Below are positions 47,865-58,157 of a stretch of DNA of 64,000 nt, in pieces. The number at the start of each line of letters is the position of its first letter. The first letter of the stretch is position 1. The DNA is from Actinomycetes bacterium (GTDB lineage: Bacteria > Actinomycetota > Actinomycetes > Actinomycetales > Microbacteriaceae), in NCBI GenBank assembly GCA_023451265.1, contig JAEYAG010000059.1, positions 1,189 to 65,188 of the forward strand. Reading direction: 5' to 3'. Both the position numbers and the translations under genes were made by a program. The notes beneath the pieces are model-generated. The model was not told the DNA's origin, did no database searches, and was given only the letters and a program-made list of their open reading frames with translations.

Positions 47865-49757
47865 TCAGCGCTGGGGCAGCATGCTCTGCGCGATGAAGTC
47901 GGTCAGCTCGGTGTGGGCCGTCAGCGGCAGGATGTGCGCGACGTACTGGTCGGGCCGCACCACGACCAGGGCGCCGCCGCGGTCGATGCCGCGCGCCTCG
48001 AAGATGTCGTCCTCGGGCAGCGTCGCGTACACCTTCTCGTAGTCGCGCACCTGGAACGGACCCACGCGCGGGAAGAACAGCTCCGGTGCGTCGGTGATCT
48101 GCACCTGATCCAGCGGCTGCTGGTAGATCACCTTCACATCGAAGACGCTGTCGACATCGGCACCGGCGGGCGTGAACCGGATGATCGGCGAGTCCGGGGA
48201 CGTCGCCGCCCACTCCGCCCAGTCGCGCAGCGCCGAGGCCTCGGTGGGCGCGGCGGCGTCGGCGAACGCGTAGATGCGCCAGCGTCCGTCGGCGCGGTGG
48301 TGGTGCCCGAGGTGCACGGGGTTGCTGTCGCCGACGCGCGTGGCCTGCGCCGACTTGAAGCGCTTGCCGATCGGGAAACCGGTCGCGAGGTCCTGGTGGG
48401 TCTTCTCCCCGGTGATGGGGGAGGGCTGGTACTCGGTCATGAATCCGGCGGGGAACTCCGCCGTCGAGGTGTAGAACTCGGCCAGCTCGGTCGGGCTCGC
48501 GAAGTCCTCGGGCTTGCGCGCCATCATCGTGGACCATTCGCGGTCGAAGTCGATGAGGTTCTGCGCGATGACCTGGCGCTCGCCGGAGTACGTCGTCAGC
48601 AGCGACGCGGGGCTGCGGCCCTCGAGCACCTGGCCGAGCTTCCAGCCGAGGTTGAACCCGTCCTGCATCGACACGTTCATGCCCTGACCGGCCTTGGCGC
48701 TGTGCGTGTGGCAGGCGTCGCCGGCGATGAACACGCGCGGATCGCGGCGGCCGGTGTCCTCCACCGACACGTCGTCGAACTTGTCGGTGACGCGGTGGCC
48801 CACCTCGTACACGCTGTGCCACGCGACGTTGCGCACGTCGAGCGTGTACGGCGAGATGATGCGATTCGCCTTGGCGACGATCTCCTCGAACGGCGTGGTG
48901 CGCACCTTGCCGTTGTCGTCTTCGGGCACCTCGCCGAGGTCCACGTACATGCGGAACAGGTAGCCGCCCTCCCGCGGGATCAGCAGGATGCTGCCTTCGT
49001 CGTGCGACTGGATCGCGCACTTGGTGCGGATGTCGGGGAAGTCGGTGTCGGCCAGGATGTCCATGACCCCCCAGGCGTGGTACGAGACGGCGCCCACGTG
49101 CTTGCGGCCGATCGCCTCCCGCACGCGGCTGCGGGCTCCGTCGCACCCGACGACATACTTCGCACGGACGATGCGCTCCGTCCCTTCGTCGTCGCCGGCG
49201 CTGCGCCGCAGAGTGACCTTCACCGGGTGGTCGCCCGCGGCATCCACGGTCAGGGTCACGAACTCCCAGCCGTAGTCGGGAGTGACGCGGGCGGGCGCGT
49301 TCGCGGCGGCCTCGGCGAAGTAGTCGAGCACGCGCGCCTGGTTGACGATCAGGTGCGGGAACTCGCTCACGCCGGCAGGGTCGTCCTTCTCCCGGGCGGT
49401 GCGGATGATGCTCGAGGGATCGGCGGGGTCGGGCGACCAGAAGTTCATCGAGGTGAGCCAGTACGCCTCGGAGACGATGCGCTCGGCGAACCCGAACGCC
49501 TGAAAGGTCTCGACGCTGCGGGCCTGGATCCCATCGGCCTGACCGATCTCGAGCCGTCCACCGCGACGCTCGACCAGGCGTGTCGTGATGCTCGGGAACT
49601 GGGCCAGCTGCGCGGCCAGCAGCATGCCCGCGGGGCCCGACCCGACGATGAGGACGTCCATCTCGTCGGGGAGTTCGTCAGGGCGGTGGATGCCGGTGCC
49701 CGACGCCGGCTGCACGCGCGGGTCGCCGGACACGTAACCGTGGTGGTGGAACCGCAT
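47865..49757 (-). CDS. Two-domain FAD-dependent aromatic hydroxylase (phenol 2-monooxygenase / 3-hydroxybenzoate 4-monooxygenase MobA-like)
   Basis: ORF 47865..50213 trimmed to ATG 49757 (GGAGAGGAA SD). VLIVGSGPAGMLLA, GCDGARSRVR, FIAGDACHTHSAKAGQGMN, and a C-terminal thioredoxin-like domain. Confidence 0.8.
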   Translation of the reverse strand: MRFHHHGYVSGDPRVQPASGTGIHRPDELPDEMDVLIVGSGPAGMLLAAQLAQFPSITTRLVERRGGRLEIGQADGIQARSVETFQAFGFAERIVSEAYWLTSMNFWSPDPADPSSIIRTAREKDDPAGVSEFPHLIVNQARVLDYFAEAAANAPARVTPDYGWEFVTLTVDAAGDHPVKVTLRRSAGDDEGTERIVRAKYVVGCDGARSRVREAIGRKHVGAVSYHAWGVMDILADTDFPDIRTKCAIQSHDEGSILLIPREGGYLFRMYVDLGEVPEDDNGKVRTTPFEEIVAKANRIISPYTLDVRNVAWHSVYEVGHRVTDKFDDVSVEDTGRRDPRVFIAGDACHTHSAKAGQGMNVSMQDGFNLGWKLGQVLEGRSPASLLTTYSGERQVIAQNLIDFDREWSTMMARKPEDFASPTELAEFYTSTAEFPAGFMTEYQPSPITGEKTHQDLATGFPIGKRFKSAQATRVGDSNPVHLGHHHRADGRWRIYAFADAAAPTEASALRDWAEWAATSPDSPIIRFTPAGADVDSVFDVKVIYQQPLDQVQITDAPELFFPRVGPFQVRDYEKVYATLPEDDIFEARGIDRGGALVVVRPDQYVAHILPLTAHTELTDFIAQSMLPQR

Positions 49758-49810
49758 CGTCGTCGATTCCTCTCCCCGGACGACTTCGTCGGGTGCTTGA
49801 CGGACGAGCA

Positions 49811-49841
49811 GAACGAGTTCTATATTCGAACAGGCTGTTTC
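49811..49841. promoter_or_regulatory. AT-rich cluster of GAAC/GTTC half-sites between the hydroxylase and its divergent IclR gene
   Basis: GAACGAGTTC TATAT TCGAACAGGCTGTTTC. Confidence 0.4.
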
Positions 49842-49909
49842 TACTATTGGACAGATCGTATACGAAGTGATGTCGATCGCGCAAGCATGCCCGGTCGCGG
49901 AGGTGGGGC

Positions 49910-50656
49910 ATGGTCGCGACGGGTGCACAGACGCGCGGGGGCGACGCCCAGGTCTCGGGCGGGACGGCGCCGGCCTCCCAGACGCTGAGCCGTGGCATCC
50001 AGATCCTCGAGGCGCTGGCCGACGCGGGTGTGCCGCTGTCCATCGACGAGTTGTCCGCCCGCCTGGGCGTGCACCGGTCGATCGCCTATCGCCTGCTGCG
50101 CACGTTGGAGCACCACGGGCTCGTCGAACGGGACTCGGCCGGCAAGGCGACGCTCGGCGGGCGCATGGCCGCGCTCGCCGCGGGCGTCGCGCCCGACCTC
50201 CAGGCCGAAGCACTGCCGGAACTGACCGCGATCGCCAACGAACTGGCGGCCACGTGCTTCCTCGGCGTGCTCGAGCGCGATCAGTGCATCACCCTGGCCA
50301 GCGTCGAGCCGCGCCACGCCGTCGCCTCGGTCGCCCAGCGCCCCGGGGCCCAGCATCCGGTGACCGTCGGGGCGCCGGGCAAGGCGATCCTGTCGCTGCT
50401 GCCCGAGGCCGAGTGGCCGGCCGGGGTGTCCGACCGCCTGCGCGCCGAGGTCGCCGAGGTCGCGGTGCGCGGGTATGCGACGAGCCACGACGAGGTCATC
50501 CCGACCGTGAAGGCGGTGGCGGTGCCCCTCGCGCTGCGGGGACGCCGGCCGGCTGCGCTCGCGGTCGTGTACGTCGACCCGTCGCACGAACCCGCGGCGA
50601 TCGCCGAGCGCCTGGCGCGCTCCGCGGCCGTGATCCGCGACGCCCTCGGCGGCTGA
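49910..50656 (+). CDS. IclR family transcriptional regulator
   Basis: ORF 49910..50656. HTH LSARLGVHRSIAYRLLRTLE. GGAGG SD. Confidence 0.85.
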   Translation: MVATGAQTRGGDAQVSGGTAPASQTLSRGIQILEALADAGVPLSIDELSARLGVHRSIAYRLLRTLEHHGLVERDSAGKATLGGRMAALAAGVAPDLQAEALPELTAIANELAATCFLGVLERDQCITLASVEPRHAVASVAQRPGAQHPVTVGAPGKAILSLLPEAEWPAGVSDRLRAEVAEVAVRGYATSHDEVIPTVKAVAVPLALRGRRPAALAVVYVDPSHEPAAIAERLARSAAVIRDALGG

Positions 50657-50707
50657 GCGGGTTTCGGCCCCTCGCCAACTCCATCGCCTCGCGGTAGACT
50701 ATCCGCA

Positions 50708-50733
50708 GAACGCACACGCGTTCGCAGAGCGAA
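50708..50733. promoter_or_regulatory. GAACGC-N4-GCGTTC palindrome plus third half-site GCGAAC upstream of pcaIJF
   Basis: GAACGCACACGCGTTCGCAGAGCGAAC, ending 15 bp before the pcaI GTG. Confidence 0.45.
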
Positions 50734-50747
50734 CACAGGAGGTCGGC

Positions 50748-51506
50748 GTGATCGACAAGACCGTGGCCGGTGTCGAGGAGGCGGTGGCCGGCATCGCCGA
50801 CGGCGCGACCGTGATGATCGGCGGCTTCGGCCGGGCCGGACAGCCGGTGGAACTCATCGACGCGCTGATCGCGCAGGGCGCGAGCGACCTCACCATCGTG
50901 AACAACAACGCCGGCAACGGCGACGAGGGCCTGGGGGCCCTGCTGGCGACCAAGCGCGTGCGCAAGATCATCTGCTCGTTCCCGCGCCAGCACGACTCCT
51001 GGGTGTTCGACGGGCTGTATCGCGCCGGCGAGATCGAACTCGAGCTCGTGCCGCAGGGAAACCTCGCCGAGCGCATCCGGGCCGCCGGCGCCGGCATCGG
51101 GGCGTTCTTCAGTCCCACCGGCGTCGGCACGCAGCTGGCCGAGGGCAAGGAGATCCGCGAGATCGACGGCCGCACCTACGCGCTCGAATACCCGATCAAG
51201 GCCGACGTCGCCCTCATCTCCGCCTACCGCGGCGACCGCTGGGGCAACCTCGTCTTCCGCGAGACCGCCCGCAACTTCGGTCCCATTATGGCCACGGCCG
51301 CGGCGACGACGATCGTCCAGGTCGACGAGATCGTGCCGCTGGGCACCCTCGACCCGGAGTCCGTGGTCACCCCCGGCATCTTCGTCGACCGCGTCGTCGC
51401 CGTCGGTGAGCGGCCCTGGCTGCGCGACGGCGAATTCATCGGCGGCGTCGACGTCGAAGGACGTCCGGCACCGGCATCCCCCACCGCGACGGAGGTCGAC
51501 CAATGA
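50748..51506 (+). CDS. pcaI: 3-oxoadipate CoA-transferase subunit A
   Basis: ORF 50748..51506 (GTG, AGGAGG SD). MIGGFGRAGQPVELIDAL, and QGNLAERIRAAGAGIGAFF. Confidence 0.9.
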   Translation: MIDKTVAGVEEAVAGIADGATVMIGGFGRAGQPVELIDALIAQGASDLTIVNNNAGNGDEGLGALLATKRVRKIICSFPRQHDSWVFDGLYRAGEIELELVPQGNLAERIRAAGAGIGAFFSPTGVGTQLAEGKEIREIDGRTYALEYPIKADVALISAYRGDRWGNLVFRETARNFGPIMATAAATTIVQVDEIVPLGTLDPESVVTPGIFVDRVVAVGERPWLRDGEFIGGVDVEGRPAPASPTATEVDQ

Positions 51507-52168
51507 CCCGTATCAGCCGCGACGAGGTCGCCCAGCGCATCGCCGCCGACATCCCCGAAGGATCTTTCGTGAACCTCGGCATCGGGGCGCCCACCAAGGT
51601 CGCCAACTACCTGCCGGCCGATCAGGAGATCATCCTCCACACCGAGAACGGCCTGCTGGGCATGGGCGCCGCCCCCGAGCCCGGCCGCATCGACCCCGAC
51701 CTCATCAACGCGGGCAAGCAGCCGGTCACCGCGCTGCCGGGCGCCGCCTACTTCCACCACGCCGACTCGTTCGCCATGATGCGCGGCGGTCATCTCGACG
51801 TCTGCGTGCTGGGGGCCTTCCAGGTCGCCCAGAACGGCGACCTCGCCAACTGGTCGACCGGTGCGCCCGGGGCCATCCCGGCCGTCGGCGGGGCGATGGA
51901 CCTCGCCATCGGCGCCAAGAACGTCTACGTCATGACCGACCTGCTCACCAAGACCGGCGATTCGAAGCTCGTGGCATCCTGCACCTACCCGCTCACCGGC
52001 GTCGGCTGCGTCACCCGCGTCTACACCGACCACGCCGTGTTCGACGTCACGCCCGACGGCTTCGCCGTGCGCGAGGCGTTCGGCGACAACACGGTCGCCT
52101 CGCTGAGTGAGCTCACCGGCCTGACCTTGGTGGATGCCGGTGCCCCGGCATCCGGATCGGAGGACTGA
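51503..52168 (+). CDS. pcaJ: 3-oxoadipate CoA-transferase subunit B
   Basis: ORF 51503..52168. ATGA overlap with pcaI. HTENGLLGMG catalytic-Glu motif. Confidence 0.9.
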   Translation: MTRISRDEVAQRIAADIPEGSFVNLGIGAPTKVANYLPADQEIILHTENGLLGMGAAPEPGRIDPDLINAGKQPVTALPGAAYFHHADSFAMMRGGHLDVCVLGAFQVAQNGDLANWSTGAPGAIPAVGGAMDLAIGAKNVYVMTDLLTKTGDSKLVASCTYPLTGVGCVTRVYTDHAVFDVTPDGFAVREAFGDNTVASLSELTGLTLVDAGAPASGSED

Positions 52169-52169
52169 C

Positions 52170-53345
52170 ATGTCCGCATCGTTCGTGTACGACGCCGTCC
52201 GCACCCCCTTCGGGCGGGCTGGCGGCGCACTGTCGGGTGTCCGCCCCGACGACCTCGCTGCCGTCGTGATGAAGGCCACGATCGAGCGCACGGGCCTGGA
52301 TCCGGCGCGCATCGACGACGTCGTGTTCGGCGACGCGAACCAGGCGGGGGAGGACAACCGCAACGTGGCACGGTTCGGCGCGCTGCTGGCCGGATTCCCC
52401 ACGAGTGTGACGGGCGTCACCGTCAACCGGCTGTGCGCGTCGAGCGTCGAGGCGGTCGTGCAGGGGTCGCGGGCGATTGAGGCCGGCGACGCCGACATCA
52501 TCCTCGCCGGTGGTGTCGAGTCGATGAGCCGGGCGCCGTTCGTGGTCGAGAAGTCGGCGCGGCCGTGGCCGGCGACCGGCAACCAGACGCTGTGGAACAC
52601 GGCGATCGGCTGGCGCATGGTCAACAAGGCGCTGCCGACGCACTGGACGATCAGCAACGGCGAGTCGGCCGAGAAGGTCGCGCGCGAATGGGGCATCAGC
52701 CGCGAGGCGCAGGACGCCTTCGCGGTGCGGTCGCACCGGCTCGCCGCGCAGGCATGGGCCGACGGCGTCTACGACGGCGAGATCGTGCAGGTTCCCGGCG
52801 CCGAGCTGGCGCGCGACGAGGGCATCCGCGACGACACGTCGATGGAGAAGCTCGCCGGCCTCAAGGCGCTGTTCGCCCCGGACGGCGACGGCAGCGTCAC
52901 CGCCGGCAACTCGTCCTCCATCAACGACGGTGCCTCCGCGGTGCTGCTGGGCGGGGAGGGCGTCCTCGACGCCGAACCGCTCGCGCGCATCGTCACCCGC
53001 GCCGTGCACGGCGTCGACCCGGACGTGTTCCCGCTGGCGCCCATCGAGGCGGCGAACAAGGCCCTGGCCCGTGCGGGCAAGACCTGGGACGACGTGGACT
53101 TCGTCGAACTCAACGAGGCCTTCGCGTCGCAGGCGCTCGCCGACATCGCCGGCTGGGAGAGCCTGGACCCCGAGAAGGTCAACATCCACGGCGGCGCCCT
53201 GGCGATCGGGCACCCCCTGGGCGCGTCGGGCGGTCGCATCATCGGGCACGCGGCGCACGAGCTGGCACGCCGCGGCCGTGGTGTCGCCGTCGCCGCGATC
53301 TGCATCGGCGTCGGCCAGGGCATGGCCGTCGTCCTGGAACGCTGA
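52170..53345 (+). CDS. pcaF: 3-oxoadipyl-CoA thiolase (acetyl-CoA C-acyltransferase)
   Basis: ORF 52134..53345 trimmed to ATG 52170 (GGAGGA SD). NRLCASS nucleophile, NEAFASQ, and GGALAIGHPLGASG. Confidence 0.9.
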   Translation: MSASFVYDAVRTPFGRAGGALSGVRPDDLAAVVMKATIERTGLDPARIDDVVFGDANQAGEDNRNVARFGALLAGFPTSVTGVTVNRLCASSVEAVVQGSRAIEAGDADIILAGGVESMSRAPFVVEKSARPWPATGNQTLWNTAIGWRMVNKALPTHWTISNGESAEKVAREWGISREAQDAFAVRSHRLAAQAWADGVYDGEIVQVPGAELARDEGIRDDTSMEKLAGLKALFAPDGDGSVTAGNSSSINDGASAVLLGGEGVLDAEPLARIVTRAVHGVDPDVFPLAPIEAANKALARAGKTWDDVDFVELNEAFASQALADIAGWESLDPEKVNIHGGALAIGHPLGASGGRIIGHAAHELARRGRGVAVAAICIGVGQGMAVVLER

Positions 53346-53379
53346 CCGCCGTGCCGCAGTCTGCACCCGGGGGCACACG

Positions 53380-54189
53380 ATGAGTGAAGTGGATGCCGCG
53401 GGCCCGGCCACCGGCGAAGGCGTCGCCGCGGCGACCGGCGACATCGTCCAGTCACTCGTGCGGGGCCTCGCCGTCATCCGTGCCTTCGACGCCGGGCACG
53501 CCGACCTGACGCTCAGCGATGTCGCCCGCCGTGCCGGCATCCCCCGGGCAGCGGCCGGCCGATTCCTGCGCACCCTCGAGCAGCTCGGGTACGTGCGCCG
53601 CGACGACAGCCGGTTCGCGCTGACCCCCCGCGTGCTCGAACTCGGGTTCAGCTACCTGTCGGCGCTGTCGATCCCCGAGATCGTGCAGCCGCACCTCGAG
53701 CGCCTGTCGCACGAAGTGGGGGAGAGCGTGTCGGCGGCCGTGCTCGACGGCGACGACATCGTCTACATCGCCCGCGTGCCGACCCGCCGCATCATGAGCG
53801 TGCGCATCACGATCGGCACCCGCTTCCCGGCGTTCGCGACGTCGATGGGCCGTGTGCTGCTGGCCGGCCTCGACGACGACGCGCTCGAGGCCGCACTGGC
53901 GGTCTCCGCCCACCCGGCGCTCACCCCGCGCACCGTGACCGACCGTGCCGCGCTGCGCGACGAGATCGCCACCGTGCGTGCGCAGGGGTGGGCGCTTGTG
54001 GACGGCGAGCTCGAGCCCGGGCTGCGGTCGGTCGCCGCGCCGGTGCACGACCGGCACGGCCGCGTCGTCGCCGCGGTGAACGTGTCGAGCTCGGCCACCC
54101 GCGACAGCGTCGACCACCTGATCGACCGGTACCTGCCCCGGCTGCGCGAGACCACCGCCGCCATCGACGCGGAACTGCGGCTGGTCTAG
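53380..54189 (+). CDS. pcaR: IclR family transcriptional regulator (PcaR-like)
   Basis: ORF 52930..54189 trimmed to ATG 53380. SLVRGLAVIRAF...LSDVARRAGIPRAAAGRFLRTLEQLGYV is very PcaR/PcaU-like. Confidence 0.85.
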   Translation: MSEVDAAGPATGEGVAAATGDIVQSLVRGLAVIRAFDAGHADLTLSDVARRAGIPRAAAGRFLRTLEQLGYVRRDDSRFALTPRVLELGFSYLSALSIPEIVQPHLERLSHEVGESVSAAVLDGDDIVYIARVPTRRIMSVRITIGTRFPAFATSMGRVLLAGLDDDALEAALAVSAHPALTPRTVTDRAALRDEIATVRAQGWALVDGELEPGLRSVAAPVHDRHGRVVAAVNVSSSATRDSVDHLIDRYLPRLRETTAAIDAELRLV

Positions 54190-54226
54190 CGGGACTAACC
54201 GCGGTCCCCGTACAGCGCCGCGCGCC

Positions 54227-55108
<882 letters not shown>

Positions 55109-55123
55109 GGATCGATTCTGCCC

Positions 55124-55178
55124 GATCGGACGGGGGGCGGATGCCGCGGCATCCGCAGCATCGGCCCCCCGTCCGATC
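55124..55178 (-). terminator. Long nested hairpin after the GH68 gene and just upstream of purU copy 2
   Basis: GATCGGACGGGGGGC ... GCCCCCCGTCCGATC (15-bp arms) enclosing GGATGCCGCGGCATCC. There is no clear U-tract. Confidence 0.45.
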
Positions 55179-55190
55179 CCCCCGCGCCGG

Positions 55191-56849
55191 TCAGAACGGG
55201 CGCGGATCCGGATCGGGACTGATGTCGTGCACCGTGTTGGCCGGGATGTCGGCGTACTCGCCCAGCCCGTCGACGCCATAGCTGCGGTCCACCGTCACGT
55301 CGTCGCCGTCGATGTTGACGCGAACCGTCGGCGCCAGCGTCCCGCCGCGACGGAAGTTGTCCTTCGTCCCGATCGTGTCGATGAACGACTGCACGAGCCC
55401 GTCGGGCATGACGTAGTGCGAGTACGCTTGGAACTGCCCAGGGTGCTGGTTGAAGTCCGGGTCGTACGGGAAGCCCGCCCAGAAGTTCAGGTTCGAGGGG
55501 CTGCCCAGCGCGAGACCCGACCCCCGGTTCACCGGCTGGAAGTCGCTCCGGATGCCGTTGCCGACGAACCCGTAGACGCCCTCCGGGCCATCGATCCCGG
55601 CCGCGAACGTGCCGCGGTGCGTGATCGTGAACAGGTAGTACTTGCCGTCCTTGATGTAGATCTGCGGTCGCTCGGTCTGATCGTTCACGCAGTTCGCCGA
55701 CAGGATCGGCGGGAGGAACGTCCAGTGCCGCAGCGCCTTGTCGGTGGCCACCGCGAGTCCGACGTTCGCCATCTGGAAGTGCGCCCCGGCATCCATCACC
55801 TCATCGGGCGTCTCGGTGTAGGGATCGCCCTCGCGGTAGCCCATGTCGGCCTCGGTGCAGGCCCGGTCGCCGCGCTCGACGGCCGTGTTGCCCTCGAAGA
55901 CCATGTAGGTCTGGCCCGGGTGGGCGGGGTCTTCGAAGGTGAACGGGTCGCGGAAGTTGAAGAACTCGTTCTGATCGCCGTTCTGGTAGTACGTCCCGTC
56001 GGCCTGCAGCAGTTGATGCTGGTCGCGGAAACCGGTCAGCCACACGCCGTTCTCGTCGGCGAAGATGCGCCCCTCGCTCTGCACGATCCGGGGGTCGTAC
56101 GGCTTGCGGTTGCTGCCGTCGTCGTTCCGGTAGAAGGCCACGTCGGTGTAGAAGATCCGCAGCTTGTTGCCGTCGAAGATGCGGGTCGACCCCGACCACT
56201 CGGTCTGATGGCTGAAGGACTGGTCCTCGAAGATCGCGCCGGACGCCCCGTCGGGGAACACGTGCCCGCCGTAGGTCCACCCGCCGTTCTCGGGACGCTC
56301 AGCGACATCGGCTTTCCGGTAGAAGAACCCGAGCCGCGCGTAGGTGTGCCGGTCGTCGAAGCCGAGACTGCGGTCGGCGACGAGGGAGAAGATGACCTCC
56401 CAGCCCTTGAAGCTCGGTTGGTCGGCGGCGCCGTCCGTCAGCGTCCAGGTGTCCCACACCCAGACCTGTTCATTGGACATGTCGGGGAAGTCCTGCGGGA
56501 TCGTCGGCATCGTGTACTCCTCGGGCATGGAGTTAGCCCGGGGGGGTGCGGTGGGATCGGACATCGCCTTCAATTGGCGTGCATCGGCGCGCGTCCAGCG
56601 CGACGTGAAGTCGTCGTCGGGGGCAAACGCCTCCTGCGAATGCTCGGTCGGGTCGGGGAATCCCGGCACCGCCGCGATCGCCGGCGCCCCGGCGATGCCC
56701 GTCGCGACCAGTCCTGCCGCGACGAGCGCAGCAATCCATCCGCGGCGGCGGCGTGTTCGGTTTGTGGTAATCACGATCCCTGCTTTCGTCGATGGGACGA
56801 ATCGTCGATCGTGGCGCTGCTCTCTGCCGCCAAGGGTAGGAGCCCGCAC
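55191..56849 (-). CDS. Glycoside hydrolase family 68 (levansucrase / beta-fructofuranosidase), Tat-type signal
   Basis: ORF 55191..56849. VWVWDTWTL (nucleophile Asp), FRDPFTF (RDP), DQTERPQ (acid/base Glu). NRTRRRRGWIAALVAAGLVATG twin-arginine leader. An alternative start is GTG 56774. Confidence 0.85.
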   Translation of the reverse strand: MRAPTLGGREQRHDRRFVPSTKAGIVITTNRTRRRRGWIAALVAAGLVATGIAGAPAIAAVPGFPDPTEHSQEAFAPDDDFTSRWTRADARQLKAMSDPTAPPRANSMPEEYTMPTIPQDFPDMSNEQVWVWDTWTLTDGAADQPSFKGWEVIFSLVADRSLGFDDRHTYARLGFFYRKADVAERPENGGWTYGGHVFPDGASGAIFEDQSFSHQTEWSGSTRIFDGNKLRIFYTDVAFYRNDDGSNRKPYDPRIVQSEGRIFADENGVWLTGFRDQHQLLQADGTYYQNGDQNEFFNFRDPFTFEDPAHPGQTYMVFEGNTAVERGDRACTEADMGYREGDPYTETPDEVMDAGAHFQMANVGLAVATDKALRHWTFLPPILSANCVNDQTERPQIYIKDGKYYLFTITHRGTFAAGIDGPEGVYGFVGNGIRSDFQPVNRGSGLALGSPSNLNFWAGFPYDPDFNQHPGQFQAYSHYVMPDGLVQSFIDTIGTKDNFRRGGTLAPTVRVNIDGDDVTVDRSYGVDGLGEYADIPANTVHDISPDPDPRPF

Positions 56850-56888
56850 GCGACCGGGTCAACCGCACCGTCACGCATTCGCGCCGGT

Positions 56889-56923
56889 ATGAGAGGTTTC
56901 TCATCTCGTGAGAGGTTTCTCAT
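56889..56923. promoter_or_regulatory. Tandem pair of palindromes (A/G)TGAGAGGTTTCTCAT between GH68 gene and surface-protein gene
   Basis: ATGAGAGGTTTCTCAT at 56889-56904 and GTGAGAGGTTTCTCAT at 56908-56923, offset by 19 bp. Confidence 0.5.
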
Positions 56924-57044
56924 CGTGCGGCGGCGCCGGGGTGGTCGACACCGCGGCCAGGCGTGCGTATATTCGCACTCGATTCGCCCCGTGGCACAGC
57001 TCTCTCCCACCCACGAAGCGCACCCGCGCGAACCCGGGAGAATC

Positions 57045-58130
<1,086 letters not shown>

Positions 58131-58157
58131 CCCGGCAGCCGCAGCCACAATGGACAC

